A DNA stretch of 64,000 nucleotides from Candidatus Sumerlaeia bacterium (GTDB taxonomy: Bacteria; Sumerlaeota; Sumerlaeia; SLMS01; JANRJK01). The number at the start of each line of letters is the position of its first letter. Positions within the stretch are counted from its first letter, which is position 1. The position numbers and the translations under genes were made by a program. The notes below the pieces were generated by a model, which saw only the letters and a list, made by a program, of their open reading frames with translations, made no database searches and was not told the origin of the DNA. This document shows positions 53,077 to 61,691 of this stretch, piece by piece. The stretch covers positions 32,001-96,000 of the forward strand of contig JANRJK010000002.1 in NCBI GenBank assembly GCA_033764015.1, written 5' to 3'.

Positions 53077-53421
53077 TCAGCCCGGGGGCCAGCCCATGGC
53101 GCGCCCGCCCAGCAAGTGCAGGTGCACATGGAAGACCGTCTGGCCGCCGTCCTCGTTGCAGTTCATCACCAGGCGGTAGCCGCTCTCCGCGAGGCCGAGC
53201 TCCTTCGCCACCTTCGCGGCGATAATCACCATGCGCCCCGCGAGCGCCTCGTGCCCGGGGCCGAGGTCGTTCAGCGTGGCGACATCCTCCTTCGGAATCA
53301 CGAGGATGTGCGTGGGCGCCTGCGGCGCGACGTCGTGGAATGCGAGGACCAGATCGTCCTCGTAGACTTTCTTGCAGGGGATTTCGCCGGCGGCGATCCG
53401 TCCGAAAATCGTCTTCGCCAT
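53077..53421 (-). CDS. hinT: HIT-family nucleotide-binding protein (HinT-like)
   Basis: IFGRIAAGEIP, PQAPTHILVIPK, GGQTVFHVHLHLLGGR, WPPG. Confidence 0.92.
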   Translation of the reverse strand: MAKTIFGRIAAGEIPCKKVYEDDLVLAFHDVAPQAPTHILVIPKEDVATLNDLGPGHEALAGRMVIIAAKVAKELGLAESGYRLVMNCNEDGGQTVFHVHLHLLGGRAMGWPPG

Positions 53422-53530
53422 GGGGTTGTCACCTCGCGCCGCGGTTGACCATGCTTCGCCGATGTGGCGAACTCGCCAATGTGCGCCCGCCCCGGGCCAC
53501 GCGAACAACACCAAACGGCGGTGCCAGACA

Positions 53531-56116
53531 ATGGACGCGATCCGGGAACAGTTCAGGCGGCACTTGGAGCGCGGCGACCTCTCCGCCGCGCAGTCCTGCG
53601 CCCGCCAGTTGATCGAGGCGCACGGCGGTCCGCCGAAGACCGCCGCGGTGGAGGTCGCCCGCGAAGCCGCCGCCCTCTACCGCCAGTTCCTCGCGGACCC
53701 CGTCGCCGAGTTCGCCGACGCCGCCCCGCACGGCCTCGGCGCCGAAGCCGGCGAAGTGGTCCAGAAGGCGCTCCAGCGCCTCTTCCGCATCGCCGGCGAG
53801 TGGGAGGCGAAGCTCTTCGACGTCCACCGCGAGCGCCTCGCCCGCGAGCTGCGCGACTACACCCGCGACCGCCGCTACGACCTCGCCCAGGAGCGCTTCC
53901 GGAACCTCCTCGACGCCGTCCCCGAGGCCGACCGCGGCAAGCAGGCCGAGTACATCGGCGCCGCCCTCGGCTCCCTCGTCAACCAAGCCGACAACGCGCG
54001 CCGCGTCCTCCGCGACGCCATCGGCAAGGCGCCGGAGATCGGCCTCCCCCCCGAGTCCGCCCCGGAAATGCTCAAGCGCTTCGAGGACCGCCTCGTCACC
54101 ACCATGAAGTCGCGCCAGGAGGGCCTCGAGCTCGAATGGAGCCGCCGGCTCGTCACGGTCCAGAACGACATCCGCAACGCCATGCCCGAGAAGAACAAGA
54201 TGGACGAGCCCGACGAGGCGGTCCTCCGCGACGTCGGCGACATCTTCCGCTCCCTCGCCCGCGTGCCGCTCCGCTTCGGCGACCCGCTCTACCCGGACCT
54301 GCTGGTGCTGCTGGCGGACTTCTGCCCCGGCGAGGTCGCCGCCACCGCCGCCGCCGCCGGCGTCGAAGTGCGCTCCTACTCGCTGCTCGGCTTCACCGCG
54401 CGCAAGTCGGTGCTCCTCACGTTCCAGGAACTCGGCAAGTCGCCGCGCTTCACCGGGCCCTACATGGCCTGGCTCGAGAAGAACCTCGGCGGCGACTACG
54501 CGCGCCGCGGCGTCGAGGTCGCCGGCGCGCTCCGCAGCGAGGCGTTCCGCCCGCTCTTCACGCGGCTCCTGGACGACAAGCGCTTCGCCGACATCCGCTC
54601 CCGCACGGTCGACGCCCTCGGCGACGTGGCGGGCGCGGAGGCCGCCGGCACGCTCCTCGCCGACCTGAAGAAGATCTGCAAGAAGGGCGTCCGCGACTCC
54701 GCCGAGCTCCGCGCCGCCACCGCGCTGCTCCAGTCCCTCGGCAAGGTCGTCCGCACGCCGCGCACCTCTCTCGATGAGCGGCTCGGCATCGCGCGCGAGG
54801 TCGTCGCCACCGTGCCGGCCACCGAGACGCGCCTCGCGCTCGCCGCCACGCAGCAGATCCTCGCCTTCAAGACGCACGACCTCGACCCGGTCTCGAAGCA
54901 CTACGCGATCACCGCGCTCACCAGCGCGCTCTGGCTCCCGGACGACTCCTCCGCGCTCGCCAAGGGCGGCGAGCGCCAGGCGAACATCCTCGGCTTCCGC
55001 GCGCCCATCGTCGAGTCGCTCAAGCGCGTCGCGAAGGAGGACTTCCCCTTCTTCCTGAAGGAGCTCGCCAAGTACGAGCTCCGCTACGGCGCCGCCTACA
55101 TGGCGGTCGCGGAGGTCCTCGAAGCCGCCGCCGACCCCGCCGCCGCGCCCCACCTCGAACGCATGCTCCTCACAGCGCTCCGCCACGCCCAGTCCCCCGG
55201 CTCGAAGTACGAGGCGGAGTTCTACTGGGACGCCGCCGCTCAGCAGCGCGTCGAACTCTCCCTCGACAAGGTCTGCGCCCCGCTGATCCACGCCCTCGGC
55301 AAGGTCGGCGGCGACGAGGGGAAGCGCCTCCTCGCCGACATCGAGCAGCAGATCAACGTGGGACGGATGCCGCTGCCGGGGGAGGAGAGCTCGAAGTTCC
55401 TCCGCCAGTTCGTCGGCATGGCGAACGTCAAGCAGCCGCCCCCCGTCGGCGGCGCCGCCGCGCCGGAACCGGAGCCCGCCCCGGTCCACGCGGACCCCGC
55501 GGAGGTCCGCGAGCTCGTGAAGGCGGTCACCTCCAGCTACTTCCTGAAGGGCGCCGACAAGCGCCGCGTCGGCAAGATCACCGCCCTCACGCGCCTCGGC
55601 CAGCTCGTGCCCCTCGAAGCGCTCGGCGCCGTCATCGAGCAGTTCGCCGACAAGGACCTGCTTGTCTCCGCCGCCGCGGTCACCTCCGCCTCGCAGTATG
55701 CGATGCCGGACAAGCCCAAGGCGGTGCGGACGGCGGCGCTGAACGCGTTGGCGGAGGCCGCGGAAAGCAAGGACCCCGCGATCCGCGTCGGCGTCCAGAA
55801 GACGCTGCGCGAGATCGGCCCGTCGCGGCAGGATGTGAAGCCGATCCTCGAACTGTCGCTCAAGTCCGCCCGGACCCCCGAGGCGCGCGGCATCTTCATG
55901 GACCTGTTGAAGGGCGCCTCCATCGGCGGCCAGCCCACGCGCTCCAGCCAGATGGTCCCGAAGATGGAGGGCGAGTCCGGCCCCTCCGAACAGCATCCTC
56001 CGGCCGCCGCCGATCCGCTCACCGCGAAGCGCGACTACCTCAACGCGCGCCGCGCGTGGATCGCGGGGGGCAAGAAGGGCCCGCCCCCGGTGCCTCCGCC
56101 GGGCTTCGGCGAGTGA
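53531..56116 (+). CDS. Large HEAT/ARM-like alpha-solenoid hypothetical protein
   Basis: 861 aa, host-like codon use, repeated ALG/SLG helical motifs, Pro-rich linkers. Confidence 0.75.
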   Translation: MDAIREQFRRHLERGDLSAAQSCARQLIEAHGGPPKTAAVEVAREAAALYRQFLADPVAEFADAAPHGLGAEAGEVVQKALQRLFRIAGEWEAKLFDVHRERLARELRDYTRDRRYDLAQERFRNLLDAVPEADRGKQAEYIGAALGSLVNQADNARRVLRDAIGKAPEIGLPPESAPEMLKRFEDRLVTTMKSRQEGLELEWSRRLVTVQNDIRNAMPEKNKMDEPDEAVLRDVGDIFRSLARVPLRFGDPLYPDLLVLLADFCPGEVAATAAAAGVEVRSYSLLGFTARKSVLLTFQELGKSPRFTGPYMAWLEKNLGGDYARRGVEVAGALRSEAFRPLFTRLLDDKRFADIRSRTVDALGDVAGAEAAGTLLADLKKICKKGVRDSAELRAATALLQSLGKVVRTPRTSLDERLGIAREVVATVPATETRLALAATQQILAFKTHDLDPVSKHYAITALTSALWLPDDSSALAKGGERQANILGFRAPIVESLKRVAKEDFPFFLKELAKYELRYGAAYMAVAEVLEAAADPAAAPHLERMLLTALRHAQSPGSKYEAEFYWDAAAQQRVELSLDKVCAPLIHALGKVGGDEGKRLLADIEQQINVGRMPLPGEESSKFLRQFVGMANVKQPPPVGGAAAPEPEPAPVHADPAEVRELVKAVTSSYFLKGADKRRVGKITALTRLGQLVPLEALGAVIEQFADKDLLVSAAAVTSASQYAMPDKPKAVRTAALNALAEAAESKDPAIRVGVQKTLREIGPSRQDVKPILELSLKSARTPEARGIFMDLLKGASIGGQPTRSSQMVPKMEGESGPSEQHPPAAADPLTAKRDYLNARRAWIAGGKKGPPPVPPPGFGE

Positions 56117-56225
56117 CACCTCCGCGCGCGGCACGTAGCCCTTGCTTCATCCGCCGCGCAGGGCAAGGTTGCACCCGGCCGGGCCCAGCCGCCCGGTGTT
56201 CCAATCTGTCGCGGAGTCTTCTCCC

Positions 56226-57758
56226 ATGGGCATCTTCGGTGGTGGCAAGAAGCCCGATCCCCCCAAGCCCCCTACGCCGCCTCCGTTCCGTCCGGACGAG
56301 GAGACCGCGCCCGGCCCCGGCCCCCGCCGCGGCAACCAGCCGCTCCCCTCCGTTCCGCGCTTCGGCGGCCCCAACACGCCGGCCTACGGCGTGCCCTCCG
56401 CCGCCAGCATCTCCCCCGCGACCGAAATCGCCCCCCGCGGCGCCGACGGCCAGCCCCAGCGCGTCCTGCCGCAGCCCCGGACCCCGCAGAACACGCCCCC
56501 CTCGTCGCAGGCCGCGCCCCCACCGCAGCGCTCCGAGCGCAAGCACCCGTCCTCCGAGGAAACCGCGCTCCCGGGGTCGCTCCCGCAGGTCGAAGACCTG
56601 AGGGCTGGACGCGTCCCCGCCCCCTCGCCCGGCATCCCGAGCACCGCCGCCAACGCGGTGCTGCGCACCGCCCCCCGCCCGCAGGCCGCCGCCAGCCAGA
56701 CGCAGGTCGCCGTCGACCTCCGCGCCATGCTCAAGGAGGCCGTCCGCCTTGGCGCTTCCGACCTGCACCTGACCCGCAACATGCCGCCGATGATCCGCCT
56801 CGACGGCTTCCTCCGCCCTCTCGAGGCGCCGCCCCTCACCGACGAGCAGTGCACCCGCCTCGTCATGGCGATGCTCACCCCGGAGCAGAAGTCGCGCTTC
56901 AACAACGACTGGGAGCTCGACCTCTCCGCCGACCTCGCCGACGTCGGGCGCTTCCGCGTGAACGTCCACCGCCAGCGTGGCAACATCGAGGCCGCCTTCC
57001 GCGTCGTGAACGATGTGATCCTCCCCATCAAGCAGCTCGGCCTGCCCAAGGTGGTCGAGGACCTCGCCCGCAAGAACAGCGGCCTCGTCGTCGTCACCGG
57101 CCCCACCGGCAGCGGCAAGACCACCTCCCTCGCCGCCATCATCGACCAGATCAACCACGAGCGGCAGTGCATGGTCGTGACGGTCGAGGACCCGATCGAG
57201 TACATCCACCGCAACCACCGCGCGATCGTGAAGCAGCGCGAGGTCACCAGCGACACCCACAGCTTCGCCGCCGCGCTCCGGCACGTCCTCCGCCAGGACC
57301 CCGACGTGATCGTCATCGGCGAAATGCGCGATATCGAAACGATCTCCACCTCGTTGCTCGCCGCCGAAACCGGCCACATGGTCTACACCACGCTCCACAC
57401 GCCGGACGCCGTCCAGACCATCGACCGCATCATCGACGTCTTCCCCCCGCACCACCAGGAGCAGACGCGCATCCAGCTCGCCAACACGCTCGAAGGCGTC
57501 GTCGCGCAGCAGCTCCTCCCGGTGCCCGGCAACCGCGGGCGCGCCCTCGCCGCGGAGATCCTCATCGCCACCACCGCCGTCCGGAAAATCATCCGCGCCG
57601 CCAAGTCCGAGCAGCTCATGACCATCATCCAGACGGGCGGCGAGCAGGGCATGGTCTCCATGGACAAGTCGCTCAAGAGCCTCTACCTGCAGGGGCTCAT
57701 CACGTTCGAGGACGCGATCACGCGCTGCAAGAACCCGGAGCACTTCGACAACATCTAA
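56226..57758 (+). CDS. pilT: PilT/PilU-family type IV pilus retraction ATPase with Pro-rich N-terminal extension
   Basis: ASDLHL, GRFRVNVH, GPTGSGKTT, EDPIEY, LRQDPDVIVIGEMRD, AETGH...TLHT. Confidence 0.92.
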   Translation: MGIFGGGKKPDPPKPPTPPPFRPDEETAPGPGPRRGNQPLPSVPRFGGPNTPAYGVPSAASISPATEIAPRGADGQPQRVLPQPRTPQNTPPSSQAAPPPQRSERKHPSSEETALPGSLPQVEDLRAGRVPAPSPGIPSTAANAVLRTAPRPQAAASQTQVAVDLRAMLKEAVRLGASDLHLTRNMPPMIRLDGFLRPLEAPPLTDEQCTRLVMAMLTPEQKSRFNNDWELDLSADLADVGRFRVNVHRQRGNIEAAFRVVNDVILPIKQLGLPKVVEDLARKNSGLVVVTGPTGSGKTTSLAAIIDQINHERQCMVVTVEDPIEYIHRNHRAIVKQREVTSDTHSFAAALRHVLRQDPDVIVIGEMRDIETISTSLLAAETGHMVYTTLHTPDAVQTIDRIIDVFPPHHQEQTRIQLANTLEGVVAQQLLPVPGNRGRALAAEILIATTAVRKIIRAAKSEQLMTIIQTGGEQGMVSMDKSLKSLYLQGLITFEDAITRCKNPEHFDNI

Positions 57759-57775
57759 GGCGGTGCCATTACTCC

Positions 57776-57814
57776 TTGACGTTCCCCCTCCCTCGGAATT
57801 AGCCTAGGCTTACT
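57776..57814 (+). promoter_or_regulatory. Sigma70-like promoter overlapped by a candidate DtxR/MntR-type operator
   Basis: TTGACG 57776-57781, TAGCCT 57800-57805 (18-bp spacer); palindrome AGCCTAGGCT 57801-57810 within AATTAGCCTAGGCTTACT. Confidence 0.6.
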
Positions 57815-57842
57815 TTAGTCGGCAAGGCTGACCAACTCTCCC

Positions 57843-58736
57843 GTGACTCAACCCCGCAACGCACTCCTCGTCCTCCTGCTCCTCCTCGCCGCGACCCTCC
57901 ACGCCCGCGAACCCATCAACGTCGTCGCGACCACCGGATACGTCGGCGACGTCGCCGCCCGCGTCGGCGGCCCGGACATCGCCCTCACGGTGCTCATGGG
58001 GCCCGGCGTCGATCCCCACCTCTACAAGGCGACCCCCGCCGACGTCCGAGCCCTCCAGCAGGCGGAGGTGGTGTTCTACAACGGCCTCCATCTCGAAGGG
58101 AAGATGACCGACGTCCTGCACCGCCTCGCGCGCACCAAGACCGTCGCCGCCTTCGAAGCCGCCATCCCCCCCGAACGCATCCGCTCCGCCGACGGTGCCG
58201 CGGACCCGCACGTCTGGTTCGACGCCTCGCTCTGGGCCGAAACGCCGCTCCTCGTCGCCGAGACCCTCGCGAAGCGCGACCCCGACCGCGCCGCCGCCTT
58301 CCGCGAGCGTGCCGAAGCGTACCGCGCGGAGCTGCTCGCCCTCCACGACTGGGCAACCGCCGAGCTCGCCGCCGTCCCCGCAGGGCGCCGCGTGCTCGTC
58401 ACCGCCCACGACGCCTTCGGCTACTTCGGAGCCGCCTACGGCTTCGAGGTCCATGCCCCGCAGGGCATCAGCACGCTTTCCGAGTACGGCCTCGCGGATG
58501 TGAACGGGCTCGTGGACTTCATCGTCGAGAAGCGCCTCCCGGCGATCTTCGTCGAGTCCTCCGTGTCGCCCCGCTCCATCGACGCGCTCCGCGCCGGCGC
58601 CACCGCCCGCGGCCACGAGGTGCGCCTCGGCGGCAGCCTCTACTCCGACGCGCTCGGCCCGAAGGAGGCCGGGGCGGACACGTTCCCCGGCGCCTTCCGC
58701 TCGAACGTGCGCACCATCGTCGAGGCGCTCCGGTGA
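57843..58736 (+). CDS. Mn/Zn/Fe ABC transporter substrate-binding protein (TroA/YtgA-like)
   Basis: [38 protein letters not shown]. Confidence 0.94.
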   Translation: MTQPRNALLVLLLLLAATLHAREPINVVATTGYVGDVAARVGGPDIALTVLMGPGVDPHLYKATPADVRALQQAEVVFYNGLHLEGKMTDVLHRLARTKTVAAFEAAIPPERIRSADGAADPHVWFDASLWAETPLLVAETLAKRDPDRAAAFRERAEAYRAELLALHDWATAELAAVPAGRRVLVTAHDAFGYFGAAYGFEVHAPQGISTLSEYGLADVNGLVDFIVEKRLPAIFVESSVSPRSIDALRAGATARGHEVRLGGSLYSDALGPKEAGADTFPGAFRSNVRTIVEALR

Positions 58737-59530
58737 CCGCGCACGTCGTCTCCGCCGCCGTCCCCGCGCTCGAGGTCCACGACCTCAGCGTGGCGTACCG
58801 CTCGCAGCCGGTCGTCTGGAACGTGGACTTCGAGCTCCCGCCCGGTGTCCTCTGCGGCGTGGTGGGGCCGAACGGCGCAGGCAAGAGCACGCTCTTCAAG
58901 GCGATCCTCGGCCTGCTGCCGACCGCCTCCGGCTTCGTCCGCGTCCTCGGCAAGGGCTTCGAGTCGCAGCGCCTCCGCGTGGGCTACATCCCGCAGCGCG
59001 AATCCGTGGACTGGGACTTCCCGACGGACGCGCTGGACGTGGTGCTGATGGGGCGCTACGGGCGGCTCGGCTGGTTCCGGCGCCCGTCCAAGGCGGACCG
59101 CGCGCTGGCCATGGAGTGCCTCGAACAGGTCGGCATGGCGGACTTCGCGCGCCGCCAGATCAGCCAGCTCTCCGGCGGCCAGCAGCAGCGCGTCTTCATG
59201 GCCCGCGCCCTCGCCCAGCAGGCCGACCTCTACTTCCTCGACGAGCCTTTCGCCGGGGTCGACGCCGCCACGGAGCGTTCGATCATCGACCTGCTCCGCG
59301 CGCTCCGCGACCGCGGCGCGACGGTCCTCGTGATCCACCACGACCTCCAGTCGGTCGCCGAGTACTTCGACTGGATCCTCATGCTCAACATGCGCCTGGT
59401 GGCGTGCGGCCCGACCGCCGACACCTTCACTCCCGAGAACCTGCACCGCACCTACGGCGGGCGGCTCACGCTCCTGGCCGAGGCGGTCGAACGGCTCCGC
59501 GCCGCGCGCGAGGGGCGGACCGCCTCCTGA
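58733..59530 (+). CDS. Metal ABC transporter ATP-binding protein (TroB-like)
   Basis: [14 protein letters not shown]...[22 protein letters not shown]. Confidence 0.95.
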   Translation: MTAHVVSAAVPALEVHDLSVAYRSQPVVWNVDFELPPGVLCGVVGPNGAGKSTLFKAILGLLPTASGFVRVLGKGFESQRLRVGYIPQRESVDWDFPTDALDVVLMGRYGRLGWFRRPSKADRALAMECLEQVGMADFARRQISQLSGGQQQRVFMARALAQQADLYFLDEPFAGVDAATERSIIDLLRALRDRGATVLVIHHDLQSVAEYFDWILMLNMRLVACGPTADTFTPENLHRTYGGRLTLLAEAVERLRAAREGRTAS

Positions 59531-60828
59531 TGGACGAGCTGTTGCGCTTCGTGCTCCTGCGCGACGCCAACACCGTGTACGTCGTCGCGGGGACCGTGCT
59601 GCTCGGCATCGCGAGCGGCCTGGTCGGCACCTTCGCGCTGCTCCGCCGCGAAAGCCTCGTGGGCGACGCGCTGGCGCACGCGGCGCTGCCGGGCGTCTGC
59701 GCGGGATTCCTCCTGGCGGGGGAGCGCCGCCTCGCCGCGCTCCTCGGCGGCGCGCTCCTCGCCGGATGGCTCGGCACCCAGGCGATCGCGCTGATCCAGC
59801 GGCGCTCGAAGCTCAAGGACGACGCCGCCATCGGCATCGTCCTCAGCGTCTTCTTCGCCCTTGGCATGGTGCTCCTGACCTACATCCAAACGCTGCCGAC
59901 CGGCGCGCAGGCGGGCCTCGACAAGTACCTCTTCGGCTCCGCCGCCTCGCTGGTGGGGCGCGACGTCGCGGTGATCGGCGCGGTCGCCGCGCTCGCCGCG
60001 GGCGCGGTGGCGCTGCTCTACAAGGAGTTCAAGCTGCTCTGCTTCGACGCGGGCCTTTCCGCCTCCCTGGGTTTCCCCCGGGGACTCCTCGAGGCGGTGC
60101 TCATGACGCTGCTTGCGCTGACCGTCGTGGCGGGCCTCCAGACCGTCGGCGCGGTGCTGATCTCGGCGCTGCTGATCGCTCCGGCGGCGGCGGCGCGGCT
60201 GTGGACGGACCGGCTGCCGGTGATGCTCGCGCTGGCGGCGGCGTTCGGCGCGGCCAGCGGCTACGTCGGCGCGCTCTTCAGCTCCCTCGGCGGCTCGCTC
60301 CCTACCGGCCCCCTGGTGGTGCTCTCCGCCGCCGGGATCTTCTGCGTCTCGCTCGTCGTGGCGCCGGAGCGCGGCCTCGCCGCCCGCCTCCTCCGCCGCC
60401 GGCGCACCAACGCCCGAATCCGCGGCGAGAACGCGCTCAAGCACATCTTCCTCATCGAGGAGCACCTCGCCAATCCCGCGCTGGTGTCCGGCGAGGACGT
60501 CGCCGCGCACCACAGCGTCGGAGTCCGCGACGCGCTCGCGATGCTCGAGGGCCTCCGCCGCCGCGGCTGGGTCGAGCGCGACGGCGCCGCCTGGTCCCTC
60601 ACCCCCGAGGGCTCCACCGAGGCCCGCCGCATCGTCGCCAGCCACCGCGTCTGGGAGACGTACCTCGCCCGCGAGCTCGCCCTCCCGCCGGACCACCTGC
60701 ACCGCGACGCGGAGGACATGGAGCACGTCATCGACCGCGACATGCTCGGGCGCCTCGACGAGGAGCTGGGCCACCCCGCCCGCGACCCCCACGGCACCCG
60801 CATCCCCCGCCCGGAGGAGCGGCCGTGA
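59530..60828 (+). CDS. Metal ABC permease fused to a C-terminal DtxR-family repressor domain (TroC/YtgCR-like)
   Basis: GDALAHAALPG, GLQTVG; then ENALK...LTPEG...HRVWETYL...HRDAEDMEH...LGHPARDPHG. Confidence 0.92.
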   Translation: MDELLRFVLLRDANTVYVVAGTVLLGIASGLVGTFALLRRESLVGDALAHAALPGVCAGFLLAGERRLAALLGGALLAGWLGTQAIALIQRRSKLKDDAAIGIVLSVFFALGMVLLTYIQTLPTGAQAGLDKYLFGSAASLVGRDVAVIGAVAALAAGAVALLYKEFKLLCFDAGLSASLGFPRGLLEAVLMTLLALTVVAGLQTVGAVLISALLIAPAAAARLWTDRLPVMLALAAAFGAASGYVGALFSSLGGSLPTGPLVVLSAAGIFCVSLVVAPERGLAARLLRRRRTNARIRGENALKHIFLIEEHLANPALVSGEDVAAHHSVGVRDALAMLEGLRRRGWVERDGAAWSLTPEGSTEARRIVASHRVWETYLARELALPPDHLHRDAEDMEHVIDRDMLGRLDEELGHPARDPHGTRIPRPEERP

Positions 60829-61691
60829 GCGACGCGCTCCCGGTGATCCTCGTCGGCTACCTGGCCGCGGGCGCGTGCTCGCTCCTCGGCTGCTTCCTCG
60901 TGCTGCGCCGCATGGGGATGATGGGCGACGCGATCAGCCACGCGGTGCTCCCCGGCATCGTGGTGGCTTTTCTGCTCTCGGGCGAGCGCGCCGCCCTGCC
61001 GATGCTGCTCGGCGCGGGCTCCGTCGGCTTCGCCGCCGCCGTCGGCATCGAGCTGCTGCACCGCCGCGGGCGCATCGCCCAGGACGCCTCCATCGGCATC
61101 GTCTTCACCGCGCTCTTCGCGCTCGGCGTGCTCCTCGTCGCGCGCTTCGCCGGGCAGGTGGACCTCGACATGGACTGCGTGCTGCACGGCGAGATCGCCT
61201 TCGCGGCGCTCGATCCGCTGGTGGCGGGCGGGCGCGAGCTGGGTCCCCGCGCCGCGTGGATCCTCGGCGCCGCCTTCCTCGCCAACCTCGCCTTCGTCCT
61301 CCTGTTCTGGAAGGAGCTGAAGCTGTCGACCTTCGACCCCACGCTGGCGGCGGTCGCGGGCGTGGGCGCCGCGGCGGTGCACTACGCGCTGCTCGGCCTC
61401 ACGTCGCTCACCGCGGTCGCCGCGTTCGAGTCCGTCGGCGCGGTCCTCGTCGTCGCCATGCTGATCGTGCCCGCCTCCGCCGCGTACCTGATGACGGAGC
61501 GCCTCGGGACCATGCTGCTGCTGGCGCAGGCGGTCTCGCTCGCGTCCGCCGTGGCGGGCTACTTCCTCGCGGTGCGCTGGAACGTCTCCATCGCGGGCAT
61601 GATGGTGGTGGTCTCCGGCGCGATCTTCGCGGTGGCGTTCGCGCTCAACCCGCGGATGCGGCGCCCGCGCGCGGCGGCGGCTCCCGCCTAG
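60825..61691 (+). CDS. Metal ABC permease (TroD-like)
   Basis: GDAISHAVLPG, DLDMDCVLHGEI, AFESVGAVLV; GTGA overlap. Confidence 0.92.
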   Translation: MSDALPVILVGYLAAGACSLLGCFLVLRRMGMMGDAISHAVLPGIVVAFLLSGERAALPMLLGAGSVGFAAAVGIELLHRRGRIAQDASIGIVFTALFALGVLLVARFAGQVDLDMDCVLHGEIAFAALDPLVAGGRELGPRAAWILGAAFLANLAFVLLFWKELKLSTFDPTLAAVAGVGAAAVHYALLGLTSLTAVAAFESVGAVLVVAMLIVPASAAYLMTERLGTMLLLAQAVSLASAVAGYFLAVRWNVSIAGMMVVVSGAIFAVAFALNPRMRRPRAAAAPA

